Shown: one piece after another, positions 14,301 through 27,538 of the stretch
How positions within the stretch are numbered: position 1 is the first letter of the stretch
How the letters are laid out: every line of letters begins with the position of its first letter
NCBI GenBank assembly: GCA_002269645.1
Contig: NIVC01000043.1
Location: 1-64,000, forward strand
Direction: 5' to 3'
Source of the DNA: Macrostomum lignano
Taxonomy: Eukaryota
DNA length: 64,000 nucleotides
The notes under the pieces: model-generated
Told to the model about the DNA's origin: nothing
Database searches by the model: none
What the model saw: only the letters and a program-made list of their open reading frames with translations
Made by a program: the position numbers and the translations under genes

Positions 14301-17300
14301 GAGAGAAGAGATTAGAGATTAGAGATTAGAGAAGAGAGGGGAGAAGATGAAAGGAGCAAGGAGAGGAGAAAAGAGAGAATGGAGAGGATAGAAAAGAGAG
14401 AAGAGAAGAGACAGGGGATAGTGGAAAGAAGGAAAGAAAGATGGGAGACAAGAAAGTAGAGTGTGAGAGCGTATTTGAGATATGAGAAATGAGAGCTGAG
14501 AGAAGAGAAAAGAGAAGAGAGAGAGAGGGTTAAGAGAGACGATAGATAAGTGAGTAGAGATGATATATGAGAGAGAAGAGAAGAGGGAGAGATAAGAGAG
14601 AAGAGAGGAGACAGGAGACAGGAGAGGGTACAGACGAAAGACGAGGGAGAAGAGATAAATAAGGGAGTAGGGGTAGAGATAAGATGAGAGAGAGGAGAGA
14701 GAAGAGAGTCACGATAATAGCGAAGAGAGTAGAGAGGAGATATGATAGACGTGAGAGTCTTTGAGCTATGGTCTTTTAAAGGTTTTGTAAAGAATTTGGA
14801 GACGATTTGGAAGATAGGGTTCAAGGCATGGAATTTCAGTTGATGGATATTTCAGGAAATGGAATTCCGGTGATGGGAGTTCTTCCCCTTTCTCCTCCGA
14901 AGGAGGAGTTCCACTCGTCTATATACTAAAGCTGACGTCGTGGTCCGGTGGTAGGGTGGGCCGGTGGGCCGGGTTTGTCGACGATCTCCTCCTAGGATTC
15001 TTGCAACTCAACTTTCAAACCGGTACCAAAACATGTCAAATGTCCCGACGATGCTACAATTTAAAATTCATTTTCAAATTTCAATTTTAAGTGCTTCAAA
15101 AAAGCAGAAAACAGCACAAACCAGACAGCCAGATGTCTATATATCGCATTCCATGGACTTCCTTCCCACTTGACGCTATTTTGTATGGTTGCGCCACAAC
15201 TTTTCTCCTATCTCTGCAGTGTATTTCATTTCAGCTGGGGGAGGGTCGCCGGCACTTGAGAATTGGCGGCCTACTTGCTCAGTGTTAAAAAGGGGTGGAG
15301 GTGCACACTGCGCGAGAATGGATGGCTTGATTTTTTAACTCATCACAGAGTGTACATTGCGCTCTGCAAGTAAGAAACGGGAAAACTTGCACCTTAATTT
15401 CTGCTTTTAATTTTCAAGCTACAGAAAAGTGAATCACACCGTTGGAAAGAGTTTGAAAAACTGAACAGAATGGTATAATTTTCTGTTCCGAAATCTCAAC
15501 TGCATCAGAGCAATTTGTCATAGAAATTTTCTTGATTTCAATTGTGAAAATGTTAAGTGGCTGGGGAGGGGTTTCATTAATTTCAATTCTGACTGTGCAA
15601 TGCACAAGCCTAGACTCTCCCTGTGCATTTGGGGAGGTGCATGGGCTATAGACTGTACTGTAGATCTTTACTGTACGCTTGCAAGTAACAAGGCCGACAT
15701 AAATGAATAAATTCGGCTAAATGCAGTGTACATTTGTGAGAACCGGGCTGCGACAGTGATGGCGCAATGCATATGCATCAACGGGGGCAGGCGATCGTTT
15801 CAGTAGCTCAATTTCGCTGGCCCAAGAGCTAGGGTTAGGGTTTCGATATGGAGTTCTGCAGATTCAACATTCCAACCATAGGATTCCGGGGATTTCAATT
15901 CAGCGGATTTCTCCTCCAACGGAGGAGTTCCACTTCTATATACTAAAGCTGACGTCGTGGTCCGGTGGGCCGGGTTTGTCGACGATCTCCTCCTAGGATT
16001 CTTGCAACTCAACTTTCAAACCGGTACCAAAACATGTCAAATGTCCCGACGATGCTACAATTTAAAATTCATTTTCAAATTTCAATTTTAAGTGCTTCAA
16101 AAAAGCAGAAAACAGCACAAACCAGACAGCCAGACCAGATGTCTATATATCGCATTCCATGGACTTCCCACTTGACGCTATTTTGTATGGTTGCGCCACA
16201 ACTTTTCTCCTATCTCTGCAGTGTATTTCATTTCAGCTGGGGGAGGGTCGCCGGCACTTGAGAATTGGCGGCCTACTTGCTCAGTGTTAAAAAGGGGTGG
16301 AGGTGCACACTGCGCGAGAATGGATGGCTTGATTTTTTAACTCATCACAGAGTGTACATTGCGCTCTGCAAGTAAGAAACGGGAAAACTTGCACCTTAAT
16401 TTCTGCTTTTAATTTTCAAGCTACAGAAAAGTGAATCACACCGTTGGAAAGAGTTTGAAAAACTGAACAGAATGGTATAATTTTCTGTTCCGAAATCTCA
16501 ACTGCATCAGAGCAATTTGTCATAGAAATTTTCTTGATTTCAATTGTGAAAATGTTAAGTGGCTGGGGAGGGGTTTCATTAATTTCAATTCTGACTGTGC
16601 AATGCACAAGCCTAGACTCTCCCTGTGCATTTGGGGAGGTGCATGGGCTATAGACTGTACTGTAGATCTTTACTGTACGCTTGCAAGTAACAAGGCCGAC
16701 ATAAATGAATAAATTCGGCTAAATGCAGTGTACATTTGTGAGAACCGGGCTGCGACAGTGATGGCGCAATGCATATGCATCAACGGGGGCAGGCGATCGT
16801 TTCAGTAGCTCAATTTCGCTGGCCCAAGAGCTAGGGTTAGGGTTTCGATATGGAGTTCTGCAGATTCAACATTCCAACCATAGGATTCCGGGGATTTCAA
16901 TTCAGCGGATTTCTCCTCCAACGGAGGAGTTCCACTTCTATATACTAAAGCTGACGTCGTGGTCCGGTGGGCCGGGTTTGTCGACGATCTCCTCCTAGGA
17001 TTCTTGCAACTCAACTTTCAAACCGGTACCAAAACATGTCAAATGTCCCGACGATGCTACAATTTAAAATTCATTTTCAAATTTCAATTTTAAGTGCTTC
17101 AAAAAAGCAGAAAACAGCACAAACCAGACAGCCAGACCAGATGTCTATATATCGCATTCCATGGACTTCCCACTTGACGCTATTTTGTATGGTTGCGCCA
17201 CAACTTTTCTCCTATCTCTGCAGTGTATTTCATTTCAGCTGGGGGAGGGTCGCCGGCACTTGAGAATTGGCGGCCTACTTGCTCAGTGTTAAAAAGGGGT

Positions 17301-20099
17301 GGAGGTGCACACTGCGCGAGAATGGATGGCTTGATTTTTTAACTCATCACAGAGTGTACATTGCGCTCTGCAAGTAAGAAACGGGAAAACTTGCACCTTA
17401 ATTTCTGCTTTTAATTTTCAAGCTACAGAAAAGTGAATCACACCGTTGGAAAGAGTTTGAAAAACTGAACAGAATGGTATAATTTTCTGTTCCGAAATCT
17501 CAACTGCATCAGAGCAATTTGTCATAGAAAATTTCTTGATTTCAATTGTGAAAACGTTAAGTGGCTGGGGAGGGGTTTCATTAATTTCAATTCTGACTGT
17601 GCAATGCACAAGCCTAGACTCTCCCTGTGCATTTGGGGAGGTGCATGGGCTATAGACTGATTTTCATATTGAGTGATTGGCTGGAGATAATATTGAGATT
17701 AAATAAATGAATCACCGCAGTGTAAACTGCTTTTTTGACCCCCAATAACCTTCTTTTGCCACTCTGCCTGGGGCTTCAGCCAGTTTGTAAAAATAGCCAC
17801 CCCAACCTCCGCCCGCGGGCCGCTGTGTATTGAGGGGTGGTGGGTGCGCGTGTTCTACGTTCAATGCAAATAAAACCCCCGCGTGTTGGCGGGTTGAGTT
17901 AAATTTAATGCTTCCCCCGTAACGGGGGTTGGGCTTGGACTGAGTGTACATAGCTGTTGTACAGTGTAAAAAGATAGATAGAACTGTGCCGAGATTCAAT
18001 TGGTTTTATTATCGGCCCTGTGTATTAGCTGGGCAGTGAAATTCAATGAATAAACTTGCGAGCTTCTCTAGCAAGAAGTCGGGAAATCGGTAAATTTCAA
18101 ACGCTAACTGTTCCTCGAGTTTTAAACTTTGAGAGGAGAAACTTATATTGCTGGAAAGATCTTGCAACGCTGAGTTCGGGGATATAAGTTGTTTGCTTTA
18201 AATATGAAAAGAAAAAGCACAGCATTTGAAAAACTATTTCTATACTTTTAACTTTCTGCAAAAATTGTACTCAGTTTTGCGAGACGTAATAGATAAAGTT
18301 GGGGGAGGGTTCAACTTCTCACTGCTGCTGTGTATTAGAGGGTTGATTTAGATTGACTGACTGACTGTGAAATCAGTTGCGCAATGAATTGATTCAATTA
18401 GTTCAATATTTTTATCAGTGCCTTTTAACACAAACCTGTGCGTAGTTCTAACCCTAACCCTAACCCTAACCAATGAATCCGGAGAGTTGAGTTGTTTGAC
18501 GGAAAAAATTCGATTGAGTCCAGTTTAGCGGAGACGATTTCAATGTTTTAATTTTGACGAAGAGGATTTCTGTTTCGTGGAGAGGATTTCGATGGTGTTC
18601 AGTTTCGTGGAGAGGATTTCGATGGCGTTCACTTTCGTGGAAAGGATTTCGATGATGTTCAGTTTCACGGAGAGGATTTCGATGATGTTCAGCTTCACGG
18701 AGAGGATTTCTGTTTCGCGGAGATAATTTATGATTGATTTCTGTTTTATGGAGACCATTTTGATGGATTTAAGTTTCAAGGAGAGGATTTCGAAGGAGTC
18801 CAGTTTCACGGAGAGGATTTCGATGGTTTTCAGTTGCACGGACAGGATTTCTGCTTCGCGGAGAGGATCTTGATGGATTTGGCATCTTCAATCAGTTAGA
18901 GAAGAGAGTAAAGAGAAGAATGAAAAGAGAAGAGAGATGAGATGATAGAAAACAGAGTAGAAATGAGTGGAGAGATTAGACATGACAGATGGGAGAGAAG
19001 AGGGGAGTAAGGCGGGAACGAAGGAAGAGAAAAGAGAAGAGGAGAGAGGAGTTGAAGGGAGAGGATATGAGAGAGGAGATATGAGATAGCAGAGAGGAGA
19101 CAGGAGAGAAAAGAAAGGAGGGATAAGAGCGTACAGAGGCAATAGAAGAGAGGAAAGAGAGGAGAGAGGTGAGAGGTGAGAGGAGAGAGATGAAAGATCA
19201 GAGATCAGAGATTCAAGAGTAGAAAGTAGTGAGGAGAAAGAAGAGGGTAAAGATGAGAGTGCAGAGAGGAGAGAAACGAGAGGAGACAGGTGATAGAAAA
19301 GAGTGTAAAAAAACAGGATATAAGAAAGGAGAGGGTGAGAGTGAGAGCATATAGGAAAGTGTAAAAGGGGAGAGAGAATAGATAAGTGAGTAGAGAAGAG
19401 ATATGAGAGAGGAGAGAGGAGAGATTAGAGAAGAGATGAGGGGAGATAAGAGGAGAGAAGAGGGAATGGAGAGGAGAGAAAAGAGAGGAGAGGAGACAGG
19501 TGATGCAGTAGAAAGGGAAGAAAGATGGTAGATAAGAAAGGAGAGGGTGAGAGCGTATAAGAGATACGAGTAATGAAAGCAGAGAGAAGAGAGAAAAGGG
19601 AAGAGAGAAAGTAGAGCGGAGACGATAGATAAGTGAGTAGAGATGAGATATGAGAGAGGAGAGAAAAGGGGAGAGATAAGAGAGAAGATATGAGAGTAGA
19701 CAGGAGAGGGTACAGACGAAAGGCGAGGGAGAAGAGATAAATAAGGGAGTAGAGATGAGATATGAGAGAGAAGAGATAAGCGAGAAGAGTAGGAATAGAG
19801 GAGAGAGAGAAGCGAGAGAAGGGAGAGAGGAGGGAGAAGAGAGATGAAAGATCAGAGATGAGAGAGATGAAAGTGTAGAGAGGAGTAATTAGTGAGGAGA
19901 AAGAAGAGAGTAAAAATAAAAATCAGAGCGCAGGGCGCAAGAGATGAGAGATGGGAGTTGATAGATTGTAGAGGATTTGGAGATGATTTGGAAGATGGGA
20001 TTCAATTCATTGAATTTCAGCTGATAGGAGTTCTTCCCCTTCAGAATTCCGGTGATGGGAGTTCTTCCCCTTTCTCCTCCAGAGGAGGAGTTCCACTCG
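2349..20099 (+). mobile_element. Tandem head-to-tail array of 8 non-autonomous Helitron-like units (family A)
   Basis: Each unit starts TCTATATACTAAAGCTGACG (Helitron-type 5' TC end) and ends with hairpin CTCCTCC-nnn-GGAGGAG followed by TTCCACTCG, with a T just past the array at 20100. Units: 2349(or 2353)-4823, 4824-7269, 7270-9698, 9699-12172, 12173-14917, 14918-15934, 15935-16936, 16937-20099. No TSD and no RepHel coding sequence seen. Confidence 0.8.
8166..8205 (-). repeat. Interstitial telomeric repeat (TTAGGG)n inside a Helitron unit (longest of nine plus-strand TAACCC tracts)
   Basis: (CTAACC)n tracts at 3533-3560, 6966-6993, 8166-8205, 10883-10910, 13501-13530, 18448-18471, 47332-47347, 49677-49694 and 51469-51484. 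Confidence 0.9.
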
Positions 20100-20117
20100 T
20101 AATCTACTAATCATACA

Positions 20118-20177
20118 CTTAGATTCGAACCCAGGTTGCTGCATTAGCAGTCTGGTCTGTTCAGCTCTAGGCTAGCT
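20118..20177 (-). pseudogene. tRNA-derived fragment (Ser-GCT-like anticodon arm) or SINE head remnant
   Basis: Minus strand reads tagcctagagctgaacagaccagactgctaatgcagcaacctgggttcgaatc: A-box-like start, gactGCTaa anticodon loop and B box GGTTCGAATC. The acceptor stem is not intact. Confidence 0.45.
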
Positions 20178-20439
20178 GTCATCGAAGTTATCAGTGAATT
20201 TGTACCACTTAAATAGTTCAACACTCACACAAAGTCAGGTAGAGTAAAAAGTCACGAAGCAGTTATGAGTTATGACATAATCAATTTCTTAGGCAAGTCA
20301 GTACCAGTCTCTATAAAAGTTAACAATATGGTTACGCAATATAAATTGAGTACTGTGCTATGCTTTCACACTCAACGCTGTGACGCAATTCAATTGAGTG
20401 TCTTGTGTATTGTGATGCAATCTATTTTAGAATCAGAAT

Positions 20440-20685
20440 TCAACCAGTCAGTTTTTCTGCTAGCATTCTTACAATGCATTTCAATGCTTGACCTTTGCAA
20501 AAAAGCATGTTTTTCGAATATTTAATCCCTTTAACATTGAGCAATTTCTTAGCCAAGATGCATGTACCGTCACGGAAAAATTTCTGATCGAACAGTGCAA
20601 GTTCGTAGAAAATCGGTCCAGCCATTCAGGAGAAAATCGATTTCGTACAAGCAAGCAAGCAAGATTTTCATTTTTAGTATATGGA
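20440..20685 (-). mobile_element. 5' end of a further Helitron-like family (family D)
   Basis: Minus strand reads A|TCCATATACTAAAAATGAAAAT-(CTTG)n-...ctcctgaatggctggaccgattttctacgaacttgcac, the 5'-TC / microsatellite / 'ggctgNaccgattt' layout typical of non-autonomous animal Helitrons. The 3' extent is uncertain. Confidence 0.6.
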
Positions 20686-21948
20686 TAATGCGTCATGTAC
20701 TTTATCATTAGCAGCTCGTAGTCTATATAGGCGCATATAAAGCTCTCAACAGGCAACCTAAACGATTATATGCATATATTAACTGCTGGATGTCTTCGAT
20801 GCATCTAAAGTTTAGTATAATTGACTAGCCAATTGAACCCCCTTTCGGGTAATGCTGGTCAATTCTTCAACGAGTGATGCTGATTGTTTTTAAGAGCAAG
20901 GTGGCCAATATCGTAGAGTGAACAACTTAAAAGTTTATTTATCGCGCACTTACATTAAAAGTATTTATGCTTCCTAAGCATAAACAGCGATATACCTCGT
21001 ATCTTTATTGCGTATCTAAACTCCACACAGCGTGTCCCAATGCCTAGGCAGTCACGCTTGCACTCGCTGCAACAAAGCATGCAAGCCTGCAAGTTTTTTA
21101 AGGCAGATTTTTAGTTGATTGACACTGCGAACTGTATAGCGTAAAACTTTCCGTTGGATGCGTTGAATTTTTTTTCTTCACAAGTTTTTGCTTTATCGCT
21201 ATAAACTCTAGATTATTCAGAATTTTGAGCCTGTTGTATGCATAACTATACGCTTGTACAGTGTATCATAGCGTTGAGATGCAAAGGAGCTGATCGAGAT
21301 ACAGCCAAATTGGCCAAAATGTATGAGCTCAGTACAAATTACGAAGTATTTTATTACTTTATTAAGTTTTTTATGCAATAATACGAGTAAATAGCAGAAG
21401 AGATCAATATCAACCGCGTTTCAACTAATAAATGATACAAAATTTTACCCTTATCAGAAAGTGTGTTTACTACTTTAAGTAGAAATTGTGACAAGAGCCC
21501 TGACTCATAGGGGCCATGTATACAGTCGTCTGCAAGGACCGCTATAGAATACTCGCAGTAACAGGACAGTAAAAGTCAAAGATCGGGTGATGTTTTGGGA
21601 GGCCAATTCCCTGGAAAACATACACTGCGCAGTGGAATAGGAAAAAATCATTTTTTCTCACAAAATGAATGATCGCATTCGGCAGTGAAGATTAACCATT
21701 CTTTGAAATGGCATATTACTCTGTTGTATTTTTTCTATACTGTTATCCTGTTATCCTGTACTGTTATTTTTTTCAAAGCCTAAAGCTAAAGTTGTAAATG
21801 CTCACAATTGTGGCTTTAGCTGATCTTTTTGTTCTGTTCCTTCTTGAATCAAATATGTTTGTTATAACAATCAAGCTTAAAATTCATACATGAAACTTTC
21901 CAACACTAGGTCAACAGGAATATGAAAAATGATATTGGTAAACGTGTA

Positions 21949-22240
21949 TAATAATAATAATAATAACATTAATTGATTGCAACCGACAGCTCAGCCGCAG
22001 CTATTGCGCGGCGCAGCTGAAGGCTGCGTACGGCTGTTCAGTCCAAGGACTGGGAGGTCGCCACACACAGCCTCAATTACCCCAGCTAATGCTGGCACCC
22101 ATTTTACAGCTGGGTGAACTGAAGCAATGCAGATCGAGTTGTGTCTTGCTCAAGGACACAAATAGTTCCGAGTTGGTCGAGAATCGAACCCCCGACTTTC
22201 CAGTCATGAGTCCAACGCTCTAACCACTGGGCTACAACAA
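21949..22240 (-). mobile_element. tRNA-derived SINE (family 1) with conserved central domain and (TTA)n tail
   Basis: Minus strand has A box TAGCCCAGTGG, B box GGTTCGATTC, then gtgtccttgagcaagacac...cccagctgtaaaatgggtgcc (CORE/Meta-type central-domain-like). (TAA)n tail at 21949-21966. A second copy lies at 55805-56066. Confidence 0.85.
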
Positions 22241-23169
22241 TTTAATACGTATAGATATGTATAAGCATGAACTTACATGTATACCTGTAATAATGACTTA
22301 AAACTACCTGCAGGCAACATTTTAATTACAAACATGATTGATACATGCTGTGCATGCTAAATTAAAAGAATGGTAATCTTTACTGCCCCAGATCAAATTA
22401 CGTGTGTGCTCAGGGGTCAACGGCCAATGGGACCGACTGCTTGCAGCTTCCCGCTCCTTGATTTTCTCGCAATGAACACTTGCCAATATAATTGAGCATG
22501 CGAGAGCTCATCATCTACTTACCAGTAGAAAGTATAGAGTGTATAGTGATATTTTTGCGAGTCAATAAAAATTCGCTAAATTGACTAAATTCATGCCTTT
22601 GTTTCCAGGTTTGCTTTTATTTAAGGAAAACATCAGCTTTCTATCATGAGTAGCTTTCTATCATCTGGGCAACTGTTGGTTTACTGCTAGCGTAAAGTAA
22701 AGTAAGTAAATTTAGATATTTGTATGTACACAGGCACGCTCTCATACAGGTGCAAAACGGTGTAACTTCACATTGATTTTTTCACTTTGTGGTGCATTTC
22801 TCTTTTAAGAATGTCGATGTTGATTAATATGTAGTCATAGGCATTTCAACAGTGAACATATGAGTAGATGCTTTTTATGCATACACATTTCTGCAGTAAC
22901 AAACTACATGCTTGCTAAGTGTAAATGTTCAGTGATTATAGACGCAGGCACCCCTTGAGTCACGGTTGAGAGTGATGGCTTTTATTCTTTCTGTTTTTTT
23001 CGAAAGCAGAGCAAATTCTCGCTTGTTGCTGACGCGAAGCTTACACGGGTTGATAATTTTAAACAAAAGTGAATTCAGACAGAATCGTGGTGCTGTTGTG
23101 ACAGATCCGGTATGCTAACACAAGCTTTGGCTTCCAAATAGGAATCCGGTCCGCTCAAGGCTTGTTTGT

Positions 23170-23198
23170 GTCTCTTCGCAGCTCTCTTCTCTCTCTAA

Positions 23199-23233
<35 letters not shown>

Positions 23234-23364
23234 CTTTTCTCTCCTCTCCTCTTCTCTCGTCTCCTCTCTTCTCAATTCCCTCTCCGCTCTCCCATCCTCC
23301 CAATCACATTCATACGCTAGGTTCTCTATCTGGCCCTTGAGGTAAAAAAGGTTTCTGACCCCCA
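23170..23364 (+). mobile_element. Partial hAT-MITE-like element with CT-rich interior
   Basis: The subterminal ctctatctggcccttgaggtaaaaaaggtttctgacccc resembles the right end of the MITE at 42100-42474 and the reverse complement of 53602-53645. Left end not found. Confidence 0.4.
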
Positions 23365-24204
23365 GGTCTATCTATCCTTACGGATATTTTTTGCGTAAGT
23401 TTACCTCTGGGCCGTTGGTTAAACTAGGAGTAAATCCAATTTGAATTCGCGCCAAAAGGAACGTCGTTTAATAATCGATAAACAACCGATGAGCTATATT
23501 TAAACATCACAAAAGCAGTGGCTCTGAGTGAATTGAGTACTTACCAGAGTCGATAACTAATTGAAAAGAATGGGAAAAATTGCCACCTCGCTAATGCATT
23601 CTGCTGCGATATTGGGTCTTCTAATGAACTTTGCATAATTGCGAATCCTTAAAGTCAAGAAGGCATTTTTGTGTTCAAACTTTTTTCTGCATCAGTTGCC
23701 AAGCAAATCGCCGTTCTAGAAGACTTAGAAGTTCGTGGTTAATATTTGCTATAATTTTCCCCTTGACCAATTCATAGAAATTTATTGAGTAGCTGAACTT
23801 CAAGGTGCTCTGCTCTGATAAGGCACGCTCGCTCCCTTCCTACTCAAAGACTCTAATTTCTCGGACTCTGAGACCAAGCTATTGGTTAACTCTGAGCATT
23901 TTTATTAAACAGGCGTTTCTTATTCGTGTCGCGAGTCAGAAGCAGCGCGAGTGTCGGACAAGCAAACAGAATAACAGAGAGGCCATCTTCTATGTTGTTT
24001 ATTTAATGTCCAAGTCTGTAAACTCTGCTCGCTGCAAAACTTATCTGTCTGTCAATCAGCTGTCATGCCAAGTATCTAACTTTAAAAAGCTCTGCGATTC
24101 TGTATCTACTCAATATTTCCTACGGCTTGAACATAGCCTTGATTTGGTCTCGCCAATCTCATGCCCCTGACTCATATGATCACCATTATTATCCATAAAT
24201 CTTA

Positions 24205-25030
24205 CCTACCTGACTCATCCAATCTCACCTGCCTGACTCATCCAATCTCATCTACCTGACTCATCCAATCTCATCTACCTGACTCATCCAATCTCATCTA
24301 CCTGACTCACCCAATCTCATCTACCTGACTCATCTAATCTCATCTACCTGACTCACCCAATCTCATCTACCTGACTCACCCAATCTCATCTGCCTGACTC
24401 TTCCAATCTTATCTACCTGACTCATCCAATCTCATCTACCTGACTCACCCAATCTCACCTGCCTGACTCATCCAATCTCATCTACCTGACTCATCCAATC
24501 TCATCTACCTGACTCACCCAATCTCATCTGCCTGACTCATCCAATCTCATCTACCTGACTCATCCAATCTCATCTACCTGACTCATCCAATCTCATCTAC
24601 CTGACTCATCCAATCTCATCTACCTGACTCACCCAATCTCATCTGCCTGACTCATCCAATCTCACCTGCCTGACTCATCCAATCTCATCTACCTGACTCA
24701 TCCAATCTCACCTATCTGACTCACCCAATCTCACCTATCTGACTCATCCAATCTCATCTGCCTGACTCATCCAATCTCATCTACCTGACTCATTCAACCT
24801 CACCTACCTGACTTATTTTACCTCATCTACCCGACTCATTTAACCTCACCTACCTGACTCACCCAATCTCATCTACCTGACTCATTCAATCTCATCTGCC
24901 TGACTCACCCAATCTCAACTATCTGACTCATCCAATCTCATCTGCCTGACTCACCCAATCTCACCTGCCTGACTTATCCAGTCTCATCTGCCTGACTCAC
25001 CCAATCTCATCTACCTGACTCATTTAATCT
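24205..25030. repeat. 23-bp minisatellite (cctgactcatccaatctcatcta), about 36 copies
   Basis: Direct inspection; most units contain TGACTCA and CCAAT. Confidence 0.95.
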
Positions 25031-25475
25031 ACAATCCAAAAATATCAAAATTATTACCCAATTGTCAAATCTATCTATTGCCAATTTTTGATATCTTTCT
25101 AATGTAGTTACATGTAGCAAGAAAACAAGTCGCACGTTTTATACTGACTCACAGTCCTTGCATGAAGCGATATGAAGCTCATTCAAACAAATGACTAAAT
25201 AAGCTGTTCCCTTTAACTTTACCCCGGCTACCTGGGCTGCCAGATAGAAGGTTTATGAACAATAGGAGCTAGATAGTTTTACCTGGAGAACTTGTCCCGC
25301 TATATTTGGCTTCAGGATCATCTATCTGATCGTGCACTTCCAGCATTTCCAAATGTGGGCGATGCGGCAGGGTTATCGTATTTTATAACTCTGCTTCCTT
25401 TGACACCCCAGCCTCGCTTCCGCTCTGCTCACGTCACATGACTGTTTGCCCGCCTCCGCCTGCCTGCCGCGCCTG

Positions 25476-26980
<1,505 letters not shown>

Positions 26981-27538
26981 TTATTTTCATCTCTAAAACT
27001 TGATTCGATTACCTGAAGGTTTAAACGTGGTGATCGCGTGATGTTGGCAATCATTAAAGTAGAGAGCGGAGAGCCAGAGTACTGCTCAATACAGAGGCAA
27101 AAATTTTACTGGGAAAAAGTGGTAAAAAATATTATATAATAAAAATAAGTAAAACCTAATCAAATTGATGGCATCATTTTTGGACAATAAGAATTGCTAA
27201 AGAGGAGTCGCACAGTTTTCACGCTGATAAATGGCAATGTCATTGCTTCACTTGGTGTTTGATTTTGTCGTAAAAAAATATTTTTATCTAAGCGGTCCAT
27301 TTTCGATTACAGATCGCTATAATGTAGCGATAGAAAGCCGTAGCCGTTATTCATTTTTATCACCGCAGATTGAACTTCAACACCCTCAATCGATAATATA
27401 CCTATATGAGTCTAGACTCAAAAATTGTCCGATTTTATTTTGTATTATATGTTATGTGAGTAAGATTAGAAACTACTGGTTTACAAAAGTTTAGAAGGAC
27501 AGAAAGAGGGACAGAGGAAGGGGGACAGAGGGAGAGGG

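Noticed and set aside
2395-17263. Recurrent MGRVCRRSPP..., MQIRVQSL... and MQLKTIEIL... ORFs
   Set aside because: They lie inside Helitron units, are broken by indels between copies, and show no HUH, helicase or other recognisable motifs.
20172-20230. Minus-strand gacagCTAG as the 3' end of Helitron family D
   Set aside because: The subterminal hairpin is only 4 bp and the next base is not T, so the end is unsupported.
21949-22240. Functional tRNA gene (also 55805-56066)
   Set aside because: A and B boxes are present but there is no acceptor stem or terminator, and the sequence continues into a SINE body.
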